Below, in pieces: positions 43,329-52,536 of a stretch of 64,000 nt of DNA. The notes under the pieces were generated by a model that had not been told where the DNA came from, ran no database searches, and was given only the letters and a program-made list of their open reading frames with translations. Position 1 is the first letter of the stretch. Every line of letters begins with the position of its first letter. The translations under genes were made by a program, and so were the position numbers. Origin of the DNA: Candidatus Latescibacterota bacterium (GTDB taxonomy: Bacteria; Latescibacterota; UBA2968); contig OZ242010.1 in assembly GCA_965204745.1 (NCBI GenBank), positions 3,712,001 through 3,776,000 of the forward strand, in the 5' to 3' direction.

Positions 43329-44263
43329 AGATGTAGCACGGGGCATCGCCCAAAAAGGTGAGAGGTGAGAGGCAAGACGGGAGAAGACCACCCCTCTCCC
43401 CTCTTGCCTCTTACCTCTTGCCTCTCCCCTCTCTTTTGTATCACTTCTGCAATCTCATTCGCAAAGCGGAGTTGGCTGTCGTCTTCGGGTGCGTAGCCCA
43501 CGATGCGTCTTGCGTTGGCGATGTTCCAGAATCGGTGTGTGTTTCCGCTGATGCCGAAAAAAATTTGAAATGGGATGCCGTTTTCGTCTTCGATGTTCTC
43601 GGTTTCGAGGCTTTTGATGACGAGTTGCGAGAGGTCGCGCGCGCTCAAGTACGCGCCGAGTTCGCGGTGCAGGCGTTTCAGGTCGTCGGCGGATTGCCCT
43701 TCCATGACGGTGTCGCGGGGCGCGCCGATGCGGATGTGGACGCTTTCCAGCCGCTTGCCATCGGTGGCGGTGCCGGTTGCAAACACGAAGGCGAGGTGTT
43801 CGTAAGAGGATTTGGCCCAGCCGTAAAAATTGTCGGACAGGGGCAACATGTCGGTGGTGGCAAAGTCCAATTGGTCGGACCAGATCAGCCGCTCGTAAAA
43901 GTCGCAGGCGTGGTTGGAACTCATCACCACGATGCGGTTGACGCCTTCTTCAATGCAGGTTTGGTACACATTGTAGCACATCCGAATGTTGTCGGATTCT
44001 TTCCAGTAGTCCGTGTGTTGCCAGTCCACCGTGCCCTTGAACCCGCAGTGGACGACGGCGTCTGCCCCTTGAAAATGGGCGCGGTACGCATCCCGATCCG
44101 GATTTTCCAAGTCCGCGATTTGCACGCCTTCGACGGCGTCACCATCGCGGGTGGTGGTTTTGACGTCCAACATGGTCAGGTCGTACTGTGCGCGCAATGC
44201 GGGCAGCATCAACCCCGCCACATAGCCCGCTGCACCGGTGACGACGATCTTCTTTTGTGACAT
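43304..44263 (-). CDS. NAD-dependent epimerase/dehydrogenase (uronate dehydrogenase-like SDR)
   Basis: [13 protein letters not shown] and YGWAK motifs; C-terminal tail encoded by repeats. Confidence 0.82.
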   Translation of the reverse strand: MSQKKIVVTGAAGYVAGLMLPALRAQYDLTMLDVKTTTRDGDAVEGVQIADLENPDRDAYRAHFQGADAVVHCGFKGTVDWQHTDYWKESDNIRMCYNVYQTCIEEGVNRIVVMSSNHACDFYERLIWSDQLDFATTDMLPLSDNFYGWAKSSYEHLAFVFATGTATDGKRLESVHIRIGAPRDTVMEGQSADDLKRLHRELGAYLSARDLSQLVIKSLETENIEDENGIPFQIFFGISGNTHRFWNIANARRIVGYAPEDDSQLRFANEIAEVIQKRGERQEVRGKRGEGWSSPVLPLTSHLFGRCPVLHLHASTSFE

Positions 44264-44279
44264 GGCGTTTCTCCTGTGT

Positions 44280-44843
44280 TCATGACGCTCGATAGACGAC
44301 CTGCCCGCGCACGACAGTTGCCACGATGTCCAAGTTTGCCTGACCTGCTCGCCAGCGGAACAAGGACAGGCTCGCCTCTTTGCCGACTGCGATGGACCCC
44401 ACGCGGTCGTCGATGCCCAACAAGCGCGCCGGGTTTATCGAGGTCATGGCGATGGCGTCTGCCAATGATGCGTCTGTGTGATGCACGGCATTGGGAATCC
44501 CGCTGTCCAGCAACAGGCCCGCGCCGGCCAGATAGGGCGTGCCCGCCAGTGAGATTTTGCCATTGGCGTGCAACTCGCTTTTGCCCAACCCGCTTTCGGA
44601 TCCGTAGATGCCGGGCGGCAGGCCCGCGATAGAGGCCACGTCGCTGACCAAGCAGATCCGGTCTTTGCCTTTGGCGCGGTAAAAACTTTTCAAGACGGCT
44701 GGGGGCAAGTGAAAGCCATCTGGGATGATGCCTGCCCACAGCGCGTCTGCGGAACCGTCGCGGCGAATGCCCGCGATGTGCGCGCCCTCTGTCTGCACTG
44801 TGACGACCTCTGACGCACCGACCAACTTGCCTTTGAAATTCAT
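44280..44843 (-). pseudogene. nagA: N-acetylglucosamine-6-phosphate deacetylase homolog with a large in-frame internal deletion
   Basis: C-terminal IPDGFH, LVSD, LAG and SINPARLLG motifs joined to a ~36-aa N terminus; catalytic core missing, 187 aa. Confidence 0.7.
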
Positions 44844-44940
44844 GGTTGTTCTCCCTCTGCAAAGGATTTGTCTATAAAGGCGTCATATAATACGCATTGA
44901 CCTTGTCTTCAGCAAACGGATTTCTTTTTTTTCGGGTGTA

Positions 44941-44975
44941 GAAGCCCCGACCTTTCAACGCGGGGAGTGTATCAC
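44941..44975 (+). mobile_element. IS200/IS605-like right-end remnant
   Basis: GAAGCCCCGACCTTTCAACGCGGGGAGTGTATCAC: subterminal hairpin plus TCAC. Confidence 0.5.
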
Positions 44976-45091
44976 TGTTGACGACTTTGGCGGACAATCG
45001 TATTATGAGACGCAGACGCTGGAGACGCTGATCCCGCTGAAGTTGGGCGACGGAGCGCGTCCTGTATCCACAAACCGAAGAAAGGAAATCT

Positions 45092-46177
45092 ATGTCTGAC
45101 AACATCATTCGCGTTGCCATTGGGGGGCAGGGCCGCAGTGGGTATAATATTCACGCCGACTGGTTGCGCCAAGTGCCCGACAAATTCAAAATCGTAGCGG
45201 TTTCGGATCAGTTGCCCGAACGGAGGCGCGATGCCCGCGAACAATTCGGCGCCAAAGCCTATCGGGACTGGGAGGAAATGATCAAGGTCGGAGGGTTCGA
45301 TCTCTTTGTCAATGCCCTGCCCCAGCCCTTGCATCCGGTTGCCAGCATTGCGGCCCTCAACGCCGGTTGCCATGTCGTGTGCGAAAAACCCACCTGCAAA
45401 ACCGTGGCGCAATTCGACCGCATCGCGCACGCAGCCAACGACAACCATCGCGTTTTTGCCCCGTTTCAAAACAACAGGTTGCAACCCTTTTTCGACAAAA
45501 TGCAGGAAGTCATCACCTCCGGCGTGCTGGGCAAAATCGTCTATATCCGATCCTCATGGGGCAGGTTTGCGCGGCGTTGGGACTGGCAAACCCGTCAGGA
45601 AAACTGGGGCGGCGGCTTGCTCAACACTGGGCCGCATGCGGTCGATCAGGCCCTCTGCCTGTTCGGCTTTGACCGCACCCCGCACGTCTTTGCCCGCATG
45701 GATTGCAACAATCCCTTTGGAGGCGACGCGGATGACCACTGCACCCTAACCCTGTACGACCCGGCGCGGCAGGCCCCGCAAATCGACATTGTCGTGAGCA
45801 ACTACCTGCATTATCCGCAGCGCGACACGTACACTGTCGACGGCACCTACGGCGGCCTAACCGGCGGCGCGACTGCGTTGACATGGCGTTATTTTGATCC
45901 GGAAAGCGCGCCCAAGCACGAGATGTGGACGTGGTCTGTGGATAGAAAATATACCCGCGAAGAACTCGACTGGGTCGAGGAAACGTGGACGCTCGCAGAA
46001 GAAAAGACCGGGCTCGAAAGCGGCCCGGAACGGTTTTACAACAACGTCTATGACGCGCTCAAAAACGACGGCCAACTCCTCATCACCCCCGCACAAGTGC
46101 GAAAGCAAATCGCCGTGATGGAAGAAGCGCATCGGCAAAATCCACTGCCTGAAAAGCAACCCCATAAGAACGCATAA
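45092..46177 (+). CDS. Gfo/Idh/MocA family oxidoreductase
   Basis: GQGRSG, CEKP and GGGLLNTGPH motifs. Confidence 0.9.
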   Translation: MSDNIIRVAIGGQGRSGYNIHADWLRQVPDKFKIVAVSDQLPERRRDAREQFGAKAYRDWEEMIKVGGFDLFVNALPQPLHPVASIAALNAGCHVVCEKPTCKTVAQFDRIAHAANDNHRVFAPFQNNRLQPFFDKMQEVITSGVLGKIVYIRSSWGRFARRWDWQTRQENWGGGLLNTGPHAVDQALCLFGFDRTPHVFARMDCNNPFGGDADDHCTLTLYDPARQAPQIDIVVSNYLHYPQRDTYTVDGTYGGLTGGATALTWRYFDPESAPKHEMWTWSVDRKYTREELDWVEETWTLAEEKTGLESGPERFYNNVYDALKNDGQLLITPAQVRKQIAVMEEAHRQNPLPEKQPHKNA

Positions 46178-46220
46178 GAACGCAGATTTCGGCCCCATCG
46201 TGCTATCAGTCCTTCGCCCC

Positions 46221-46308
46221 GTAGGGACAGGCTAGGCGACGCATACGCTCTCGAGTTCGCTGAACGCCATCCCCATCATCCGTAGGGCCAGGCCCCCGTG
46301 CCTGTCCG
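46221..46308 (+). repeat. GTAG REP (partial at 46221, full at 46282)
   Basis: Similar to the copy at 14740. Confidence 0.65.
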
Positions 46309-46403
46309 TGCGCCCGGTAGCGACGCAGAGATGTGGCTCCGTATCTGCCCGCCGATGAACTTCTACTATCCCTCGTTCCGCCAATTCGTTGCAGGAGAAC
46401 CCC

Positions 46404-47258
46404 ATGGCCATCCCCATTTTAGACACGCATCAACACCTGATCTACCCGCGCAATTACCCGTATTCGTGGACGGATGGACTCGAGCCGCTCGCGGGAAATG
46501 CGTTCCACCTCGAGGATTATTTGGCCGCCGCAGAGGGTTGCGGGATTGCGCGCACCATTTTCATGGAAGCCTCGCCCGATGATCCCCATTGGCGGGACGA
46601 AACCCGGTTTGTCTGCGAATTGTCCGACCAGCCCGGTGCGATCATCGAAGGCATCATCGCCAACTGCCGGCCCGAAAACCCCGTTGGCTTTGAAGCCTAT
46701 CTCGAATCCATCCAGCATCCCAAACTCGTCGGCCTGCGCCGCATCTTGCACACCATGCCCGACGCCCTCTCCCAATCGGATCACTTTGCCGCGAACATCC
46801 GCTCGCTCGAGAAATTCAACCTCAGCTTTGACCTCTGCTTCCTCGGCCGACAACTGCCCATTGCCCGCGCTTTGGCAAAAAAATGCCCCGATGTCCAATT
46901 CGTCCTCAACCACTGCGGGGGCCCGGATATTGCAAACGACGCGCTGGATCCCTGGCGCGACGAGATCGCGCAACTGGCCGCGCTTCCCAATGTCGCGTGC
47001 AAAATCTCTGGCGTGCTGGCCTATTGTGCGCCGGGCAATGCCACCCTCGCAGCGGTTCGCCCTTATGTCGAACATTGCATCGAAAGTTTTGGCTGGCATC
47101 GCGTGGTATGGGGCAGCGACTGGCCGGTTTGCAACACGCGCTCCGATCTCAAAACATGGGTATTTATATCGCGCGAAATCGTCGCCCAGGCAGACGCGGC
47201 GGATCGAGAAAACCTCTTTTACAAAAACGCGGAACGGATTTATCTCAAGATCCCGTAA
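46404..47258 (+). CDS. Amidohydrolase_2 family (sugar lactonase-like)
   Basis: DTHQH, NHCGGP, CKISG and WGSDWPV motifs. Confidence 0.9.
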   Translation: MAIPILDTHQHLIYPRNYPYSWTDGLEPLAGNAFHLEDYLAAAEGCGIARTIFMEASPDDPHWRDETRFVCELSDQPGAIIEGIIANCRPENPVGFEAYLESIQHPKLVGLRRILHTMPDALSQSDHFAANIRSLEKFNLSFDLCFLGRQLPIARALAKKCPDVQFVLNHCGGPDIANDALDPWRDEIAQLAALPNVACKISGVLAYCAPGNATLAAVRPYVEHCIESFGWHRVVWGSDWPVCNTRSDLKTWVFISREIVAQADAADRENLFYKNAERIYLKIP

Positions 47259-47290
47259 GCCTCCTTCGCTTCACCTGAAGCACCAACGCA

Positions 47291-47321
47291 AAACGGCCAC
47301 CCACAAAGCAGGTGGCCGTTT
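47291..47321. terminator. Terminator hairpin between convergent genes
   Basis: AAACGGCCACC...GGTGGCCGTTT. Confidence 0.75.
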
Positions 47322-47327
47322 CGTCGT

Positions 47328-47564
47328 CTAAGCCTCTCTGTCCGATTCCTCGGTCACGCGGTTCTGCGCTTCGGCTACGCCATCCTCTTTGCCGAGGTCA
47401 TAAGCCTTTCGCGTTGCAAGCATCAGCATCGCAACCATGACGCCTGCCGCAGCAGACAGTGCGATAGTATCGCTCCAGACCGTATGAAATATAATCCGAG
47501 TGGTGGCTATCGCAGCCAAACCTATTCCGAGATGGCGGATTCCCACCCCGATAGACTTGTTCAT
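47328..47564 (-). CDS. Small two-TM hypothetical protein
   Basis: Strong RBS AAGGAGG, 78 aa, two hydrophobic segments. Confidence 0.7.
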   Translation of the reverse strand: MNKSIGVGIRHLGIGLAAIATTRIIFHTVWSDTIALSAAAGVMVAMLMLATRKAYDLGKEDGVAEAQNRVTEESDREA

Positions 47565-47721
47565 AATTCCTCCTTTTAAGAATTAAAAATCGTCAGTCCA
47601 CGCCAAACAATCTGTTTCTGTGCTGGATGACGTGATATTCGTATCGGCTACTTCGCTTGAGTTGGATTACTTGCGTTGTGCTTGCATCAGTATATAGGCC
47701 ATCGGGATTTTTGCGTCTAAG

Positions 47722-48255
47722 TTATCGCGTTTCTCTTTCGCATTTCCGCATAAAGTACCCAAAAGAGGTGTTCTGAGTCAACGCTGTGTTTTGATCAAAT
47801 ACCTTCATGATCTCTTGCATAAAATCAATTCTTGAAACGAATTTTTTGGGCACCATACCGTCAAATCGTTCTTTTGACATGCTGTCTGTGTCGTAACTCG
47901 GCGGTATTCCGATTTGACTGCAACCTTCATCATTGAGGCCAGCGAGATACCAACTTTCAATTTCCCTGCACACGATCAAAATGCGATCCTCGGATAACTT
48001 CTCAAACTTGGATGCAATCCGCGCTTTCTTATCGGTGACACATGGGGACTCGTCCATATCAGAAACAAAAAGGTATTCAGCCTGCATGGCATTGATACTT
48101 CGCAGAAAACCATTCACCTTTTGTTTTTTTGCCTGGGCGTACTTCCAAAGATGAACATGATCGTAAATCTGTTCGTACATGGGTTTGATGACGCGATCAA
48201 AAAACCGCTCATCATCGTCGCCTTCCAAAAAAATAAAGAGCCTTCGATACGCCAA
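47722..48255 (-). CDS. TOPRIM-like nuclease (DUF4276/DUF4435-like) partnered with the ATPase
   Basis: TTG start with GGAGG RBS right after the ATPase stop; FLEGDDD, DMD and EIESWYLA motifs. Confidence 0.7.
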   Translation of the reverse strand: MAYRRLFIFLEGDDDERFFDRVIKPMYEQIYDHVHLWKYAQAKKQKVNGFLRSINAMQAEYLFVSDMDESPCVTDKKARIASKFEKLSEDRILIVCREIESWYLAGLNDEGCSQIGIPPSYDTDSMSKERFDGMVPKKFVSRIDFMQEIMKVFDQNTALTQNTSFGYFMRKCERETR

Positions 48256-48256
48256 T

Positions 48257-49480
48257 CTATACCTCCAACAAGTTCTGTACCAGTAAATCGTCAAGGCCCA
48301 TTTCGTTTTCCAAGAAAATTCTGATTTGCTCACTGTCGGCTGGCTTTGTGATCTTGGAAAATCCTCGCCCATCTCTTTTCACCAACAAAATGTGCTCCAA
48401 ATCTGCTTGCTTAACCATTTCTGGATTATGCGTTGTTGCGATGATCTGCTTTTTCTTGGATGCTTCCCGAAACATGGTCATCACCTTTGAAATTAAGTGC
48501 GGATGGATGTTCCGTTCGGGTTCTTCTATGATGGACAGTCGTTTCTCCTGAAAGTAAAGCGCGATGATTAACGCTATCATGTTGATGGTACCGTCAGAAA
48601 TCAGAAAGGCGGGCAGATCCGCCTTTTCAGCGTATTTTTCTTTTAGCTTAAAAAATATAGACTTATCGGCGACCTTTTCCACATCTACGCCGCTTAGGAA
48701 CGGCAAGAGATCCTGAGACAAATTGAGGAACCCGCGCTTGGATTCTTCATCGCTTAGGACCTTGTTCAAAACGATAGCCAAATTGCTACCGTCTATCGTC
48801 AATTCTGACGGGCCACTTATAGGCGTGGCTCGCTTGGGCAATTTAGGATCAAAGTCATAGATACCGATGTTGCTTAACCAATCCAAAGCGGGTTGTACGT
48901 ACAGACCAACGAGAGGAGATTCTATCAAAAGCGTCTTTTCCTCGCCCCCGGGTTGTTCTCGGAAAATTGGCACACCCTTAAAAGATAATGCCGATTCTAC
49001 GTCGGGATTCGTCGATTCTATCCCGAGATTGCCATCGCGGTTGAAAAACGAGACGCTAAATTTTTCGGCAGGGTCTTCTCTGGAATAGGTCAACGTCATT
49101 CTGTTTCGATCAACCGCGTATTCATATCCTTTTTTTTCAAATTTCAAAGAAAATTCATAATTTATCTCATGGATTGTGACATTAAATTTGTCGTGGTCAA
49201 AGGGTGACAACCACCACTTCGTATCACCTCGCATAACCACATGAAACAAAAGGGGGCGAAACTCCGCGCTCTTGATGTTTCGCAAATACTCTACCCCGCC
49301 CTGACGCGAGATGGCATCTTCCAAGCCATGATTGACGATATCTCGCAGAAATTGGAAGGCTTGAACAAAGTTGGATTTTCCCGAAGCATTGGCGCCGACC
49401 AACAAGTTGAAATCGTTCAAGCGAACCGACAGGTCGTCAAAATTTCTATAATTCGATATTTTGATTTTTACAATTTTCAT
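48257..49480 (-). CDS. AAA_21/AAA_15-type ABC ATPase (defence-associated)
   Basis: GANASGKS, SDGT signature, IEEPERNIHP and TTH motifs; AT-richer than the flanks. Confidence 0.88.
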   Translation of the reverse strand: MKIVKIKISNYRNFDDLSVRLNDFNLLVGANASGKSNFVQAFQFLRDIVNHGLEDAISRQGGVEYLRNIKSAEFRPLLFHVVMRGDTKWWLSPFDHDKFNVTIHEINYEFSLKFEKKGYEYAVDRNRMTLTYSREDPAEKFSVSFFNRDGNLGIESTNPDVESALSFKGVPIFREQPGGEEKTLLIESPLVGLYVQPALDWLSNIGIYDFDPKLPKRATPISGPSELTIDGSNLAIVLNKVLSDEESKRGFLNLSQDLLPFLSGVDVEKVADKSIFFKLKEKYAEKADLPAFLISDGTINMIALIIALYFQEKRLSIIEEPERNIHPHLISKVMTMFREASKKKQIIATTHNPEMVKQADLEHILLVKRDGRGFSKITKPADSEQIRIFLENEMGLDDLLVQNLLEV

Positions 49481-49563
49481 CTTGGCAACCTCAAAAGTTG
49501 GGAACTCGCCGCTCGCTATCTTGGCGTTTATTTATGGGTTGTCAGAGGTCTTAAAACGGCCTC

Positions 49564-50328
49564 TTAGGGCATTTTGAGGGCGCGGGCGAATAGGTCGAGC
49601 ACCGCAACCCACGATTTCTCGGCGGCGTCTTTGTGGTAATGCGTTGTGCGTTCCGGGAAGAAATAGCCGTGCAGTGCGCCGCGCATAAAATCGATGCGAT
49701 GCGGCACCTCGTAGCGGGTCAGTTCGGTTTTGTAGAGGTGCAAGTGTTCTTTGGTCGCGCCGGCGTCTCGGTCTGCCCAGCCAAAGTACCCCTCTGCCCT
49801 GAGTGTGGGAATGGCGAGATGCGGCGAGTCTAGGGCATCGGTGACGAGTTTGCCCCCGTGAATGGAGGCAAAAGCCAAAACGCGATTGGGATATATCGCG
49901 GCGGCAAAAAGCGCGTGCCGCCCGCCCATGCATGTGCCGATAGAACCGACCCGGTGGGCATCGGCTTGGGGTTCGTTTCTGTCGAGATGTTGTAGCAAAG
50001 CCCCCGTGTCTTGAATGACCAGCGCGTTGGTCGTGCTGGCATTGAGGTTCATCGGATGCAACGGATCCGTTTTGTCCAGGCCGAGATCGCCGCGCATGAA
50101 TTTCGCAGGGTCATAAGACGGATTGCCCATGCGGTAAAACAGCGATGGGAGAACCGCGTAATACCCCGCACGGCACAAGCGACGGCACATGGTTTTGATT
50201 TCGTCGCGAACGCCAAAAATATCGAAGTAGAAAATCACAACGGGATGCGGCCCTTCGCCTTCTGGATGAAACACATACGCCGGCATCACGCCATCAGAAG
50301 TCACAACATCAATGGTTTTCTCAATCAT
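49564..50328 (-). CDS. Dienelactone hydrolase family protein
   Basis: GTCMGG nucleophile motif, D and HGY; RBS AAGGAG. Confidence 0.9.
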   Translation of the reverse strand: MIEKTIDVVTSDGVMPAYVFHPEGEGPHPVVIFYFDIFGVRDEIKTMCRRLCRAGYYAVLPSLFYRMGNPSYDPAKFMRGDLGLDKTDPLHPMNLNASTTNALVIQDTGALLQHLDRNEPQADAHRVGSIGTCMGGRHALFAAAIYPNRVLAFASIHGGKLVTDALDSPHLAIPTLRAEGYFGWADRDAGATKEHLHLYKTELTRYEVPHRIDFMRGALHGYFFPERTTHYHKDAAEKSWVAVLDLFARALKMP

Positions 50329-50354
50329 ATCGTTCTCCTTTTTATTTTCTGACC

Positions 50355-51329
50355 TCAAGAGCTTTTGAAAGTAGGCCGTTTTCGTTGTTGCAAGGCTTCC
50401 CGCATGTTCTCGGCTATGGCGCGGACGACGGGAATGGCGACGCTGTTGCCCGTTTGTTTCCGCAGTTGTGTGATGTTGACCACGATCTTGAAGTCTTCGG
50501 GAAATCCCTGCAAGCGCAAGAGTTCTCGCGCCGAGGGGCGGCGAATGCCATTGACCAAGAGGTAGTTGTATGACGCGCCAGCGCGCAACGCGCATGAGAA
50601 CGGTAGGATAGAGACGTTGCCGCCTTTGTTTTCGTGCCAGATAGAGGGGTAAAACGGCGCGACCTTGCACTTTTCAAGACGGGACTTTTGGATTCTCGCA
50701 GACGCGAAAAAACGGGCATCGATCTCGTCATCCGGCTCCAGAATTTCCGACAAGGGCTTGTACGACCCGTTTCCCATTGGAAACGCAAAGGCGATGGGAT
50801 CGCGGAATCCGACGATAAAAATTCGCTCTCGCTTTTGAGGCAATCCAAAATCGAGCGCGTTCAAAATTTGGTGGTAGATCGCATAGCCCAGTTTTTGCAG
50901 GCGGTCACAGATGGTCGAAAACGTCCTGCCCTTGTCGTGGCTCGCCAACTGCTTCACGTTTTCGAGCAAAAACGCCTGTGGTTGTTTGGCGCGCAAGATG
51001 CGTTCTATCTCAAAAAACAGCGTGCCCCGCGTGTCTGCAAATCCCCGTTTGTTGCCGATAATGCTAAACGGTTGGCACGGGAAGCCGGCCAGCAAAACAT
51101 CGTGGTCTGGAATTTCGGCAGCGGCGATTTTTGTAATGTCGCCGGCCGGCTGTTCGTCAAAATTGTGATAATAGGTCTGTCGGGCGGATTTGTCCCACTC
51201 GGAACTGAACACGCACGCGCCGCCCAAGGCTTCAAACGGAAGCCTCATGCCGCCGATGCCGGCGAATAAATCCACAAATGTCCAGTTATCTTTGAACGCC
51301 ACCCTAGCCGCTGACTTCGCCTTACCCAT
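50355..51329 (-). CDS. C5-cytosine DNA methyltransferase, HaeII-like, orphan
   Basis: FAGIGG, GFPCQPFS, ENV, QKRER and GNSV motifs; target-recognition region IWHEN..SCALRAGASYNYL. Confidence 0.92.
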   Translation of the reverse strand: MGKAKSAARVAFKDNWTFVDLFAGIGGMRLPFEALGGACVFSSEWDKSARQTYYHNFDEQPAGDITKIAAAEIPDHDVLLAGFPCQPFSIIGNKRGFADTRGTLFFEIERILRAKQPQAFLLENVKQLASHDKGRTFSTICDRLQKLGYAIYHQILNALDFGLPQKRERIFIVGFRDPIAFAFPMGNGSYKPLSEILEPDDEIDARFFASARIQKSRLEKCKVAPFYPSIWHENKGGNVSILPFSCALRAGASYNYLLVNGIRRPSARELLRLQGFPEDFKIVVNITQLRKQTGNSVAIPVVRAIAENMREALQQRKRPTFKSS

Positions 51330-51366
51330 TATCACTGTCTCCATTCGTTTTGGGCCTACACCGCGT

Positions 51367-51642
51367 TCAGTATGATCTCTCCCCGCGCTCGTATTCCGCC
51401 ACTTCTGCGGCGGATTCTTCGGCCATTGTGATCAGTTCTTGGGCGTTCTTCATCAATTCGCGGTGCTTCTCTCTTTCCTCTTCCGTCAATGTGCGGCCTT
51501 CGCTTCGCGCTCGTTCTCTGGCTTCTGCGATCAGGGTTTGGGTGCGCTTCATGAGTTGCCGCGCTTTCGCTGGGTTGCGTTTGATTTTTTCCCGCGTCTT
51601 TTTGCTGGATCGTTCCATGCGGCGGCGTTCCTGTCTGGTCAC
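51367..51642 (-). CDS. Small charged helical hypothetical protein
   Basis: RBS AAGGAGG before a GTG start, 91 aa. Confidence 0.6.
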   Translation of the reverse strand: MTRQERRRMERSSKKTREKIKRNPAKARQLMKRTQTLIAEARERARSEGRTLTEEEREKHRELMKNAQELITMAEESAAEVAEYERGERSY

Positions 51643-51822
51643 TGCTTTCCTCCTTTCGCGCCTTAGACGCGCCTTTCATTTGGTCAACGAGCCGATGGTG
51701 ATCACAACCCCAACCCATCGAGACGATGAAGCCGCTCGTTCATCGCGCTCATGTCGCGCTGGTCAGCCTCGATCCGTGCCAACCGCGAGATGCGACCTTC
51801 GTGTCCGCAACAAATTAGCGGA

Positions 51823-52248
51823 TCAACTCGAGATGATTCCGCCCGGTGGGCTACCGCCACCTGGGATTCCGCCTTGCCCGGGCACTCCCCCGGGCATTGC
51901 GCCGGGGACGACGATGCGCGAAGATTCTTGTCGGCGGTATTCTTTGGCCTCTTCAACCATCTGGTCAACCGCCTCTTGCACTGCTTGGGGGAACTTCTCC
52001 AAAGCCTCCCGCAGAGAAGACGCTTCGATAGGCGTGGAAATCGGCAAAGGCCCCAGTTGGGAAATGATCTGCGTGGAGCCGATGTATTGCACGGGACGGC
52101 TGAGGTCATCCGTGCCATCGGCATTGATCGGGATGAGCCGCCGAATCGTGGCGACGCGCAAATCCGTGATGGATTCCTCTCGATAGAGGTTGGCTTGATC
52201 GACTCTGATCTGGTCGAGTGGCAACTGGTCGTTCATGAAATTCTCCAT
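51823..52248 (-). CDS. Hypothetical protein with a Gly/Pro tail
   Basis: Protein-like composition, same strand as its neighbours. Confidence 0.7.
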   Translation of the reverse strand: MENFMNDQLPLDQIRVDQANLYREESITDLRVATIRRLIPINADGTDDLSRPVQYIGSTQIISQLGPLPISTPIEASSLREALEKFPQAVQEAVDQMVEEAKEYRRQESSRIVVPGAMPGGVPGQGGIPGGGSPPGGIISS

Positions 52249-52371
52249 AGAAAAACAGTCGAAAACCGCGGGCAGGCGAATCCCACCCGCAAACGGCTAC
52301 AATATAGGGAAGTTGAGAGGGGAGATGCAAGAGGGAAGAAAGCGAGCGTCCCACAAGTGAGACGTAAGATG

Positions 52372-52473
52372 CAGTAGTCAGTAGTCAGTAGTCAGTAGTC
52401 AGTAGTCAGTAGTCAGTAGTCAGTAGTCAGTAGTCAGTAGTCAGTAGTCAGTAGTCAGTAGTCAGTAGTCAGT
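52372..52473 (+). repeat. Heptamer tandem array (CAGTAGT)x14
   Basis: Read directly. Confidence 0.97.
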
Positions 52474-52536
52474 CCCCTCTCCCGTCTTACCGAAGGGAAG
52501 TTGGGCGGGGGATGGGGCATCCGCTAACCACTCTCC

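Noticed and set aside
49564-50670. 368-aa extended dienelactone hydrolase
   Set aside because: The extension overlaps the methyltransferase; the RBS supports a start at 50328
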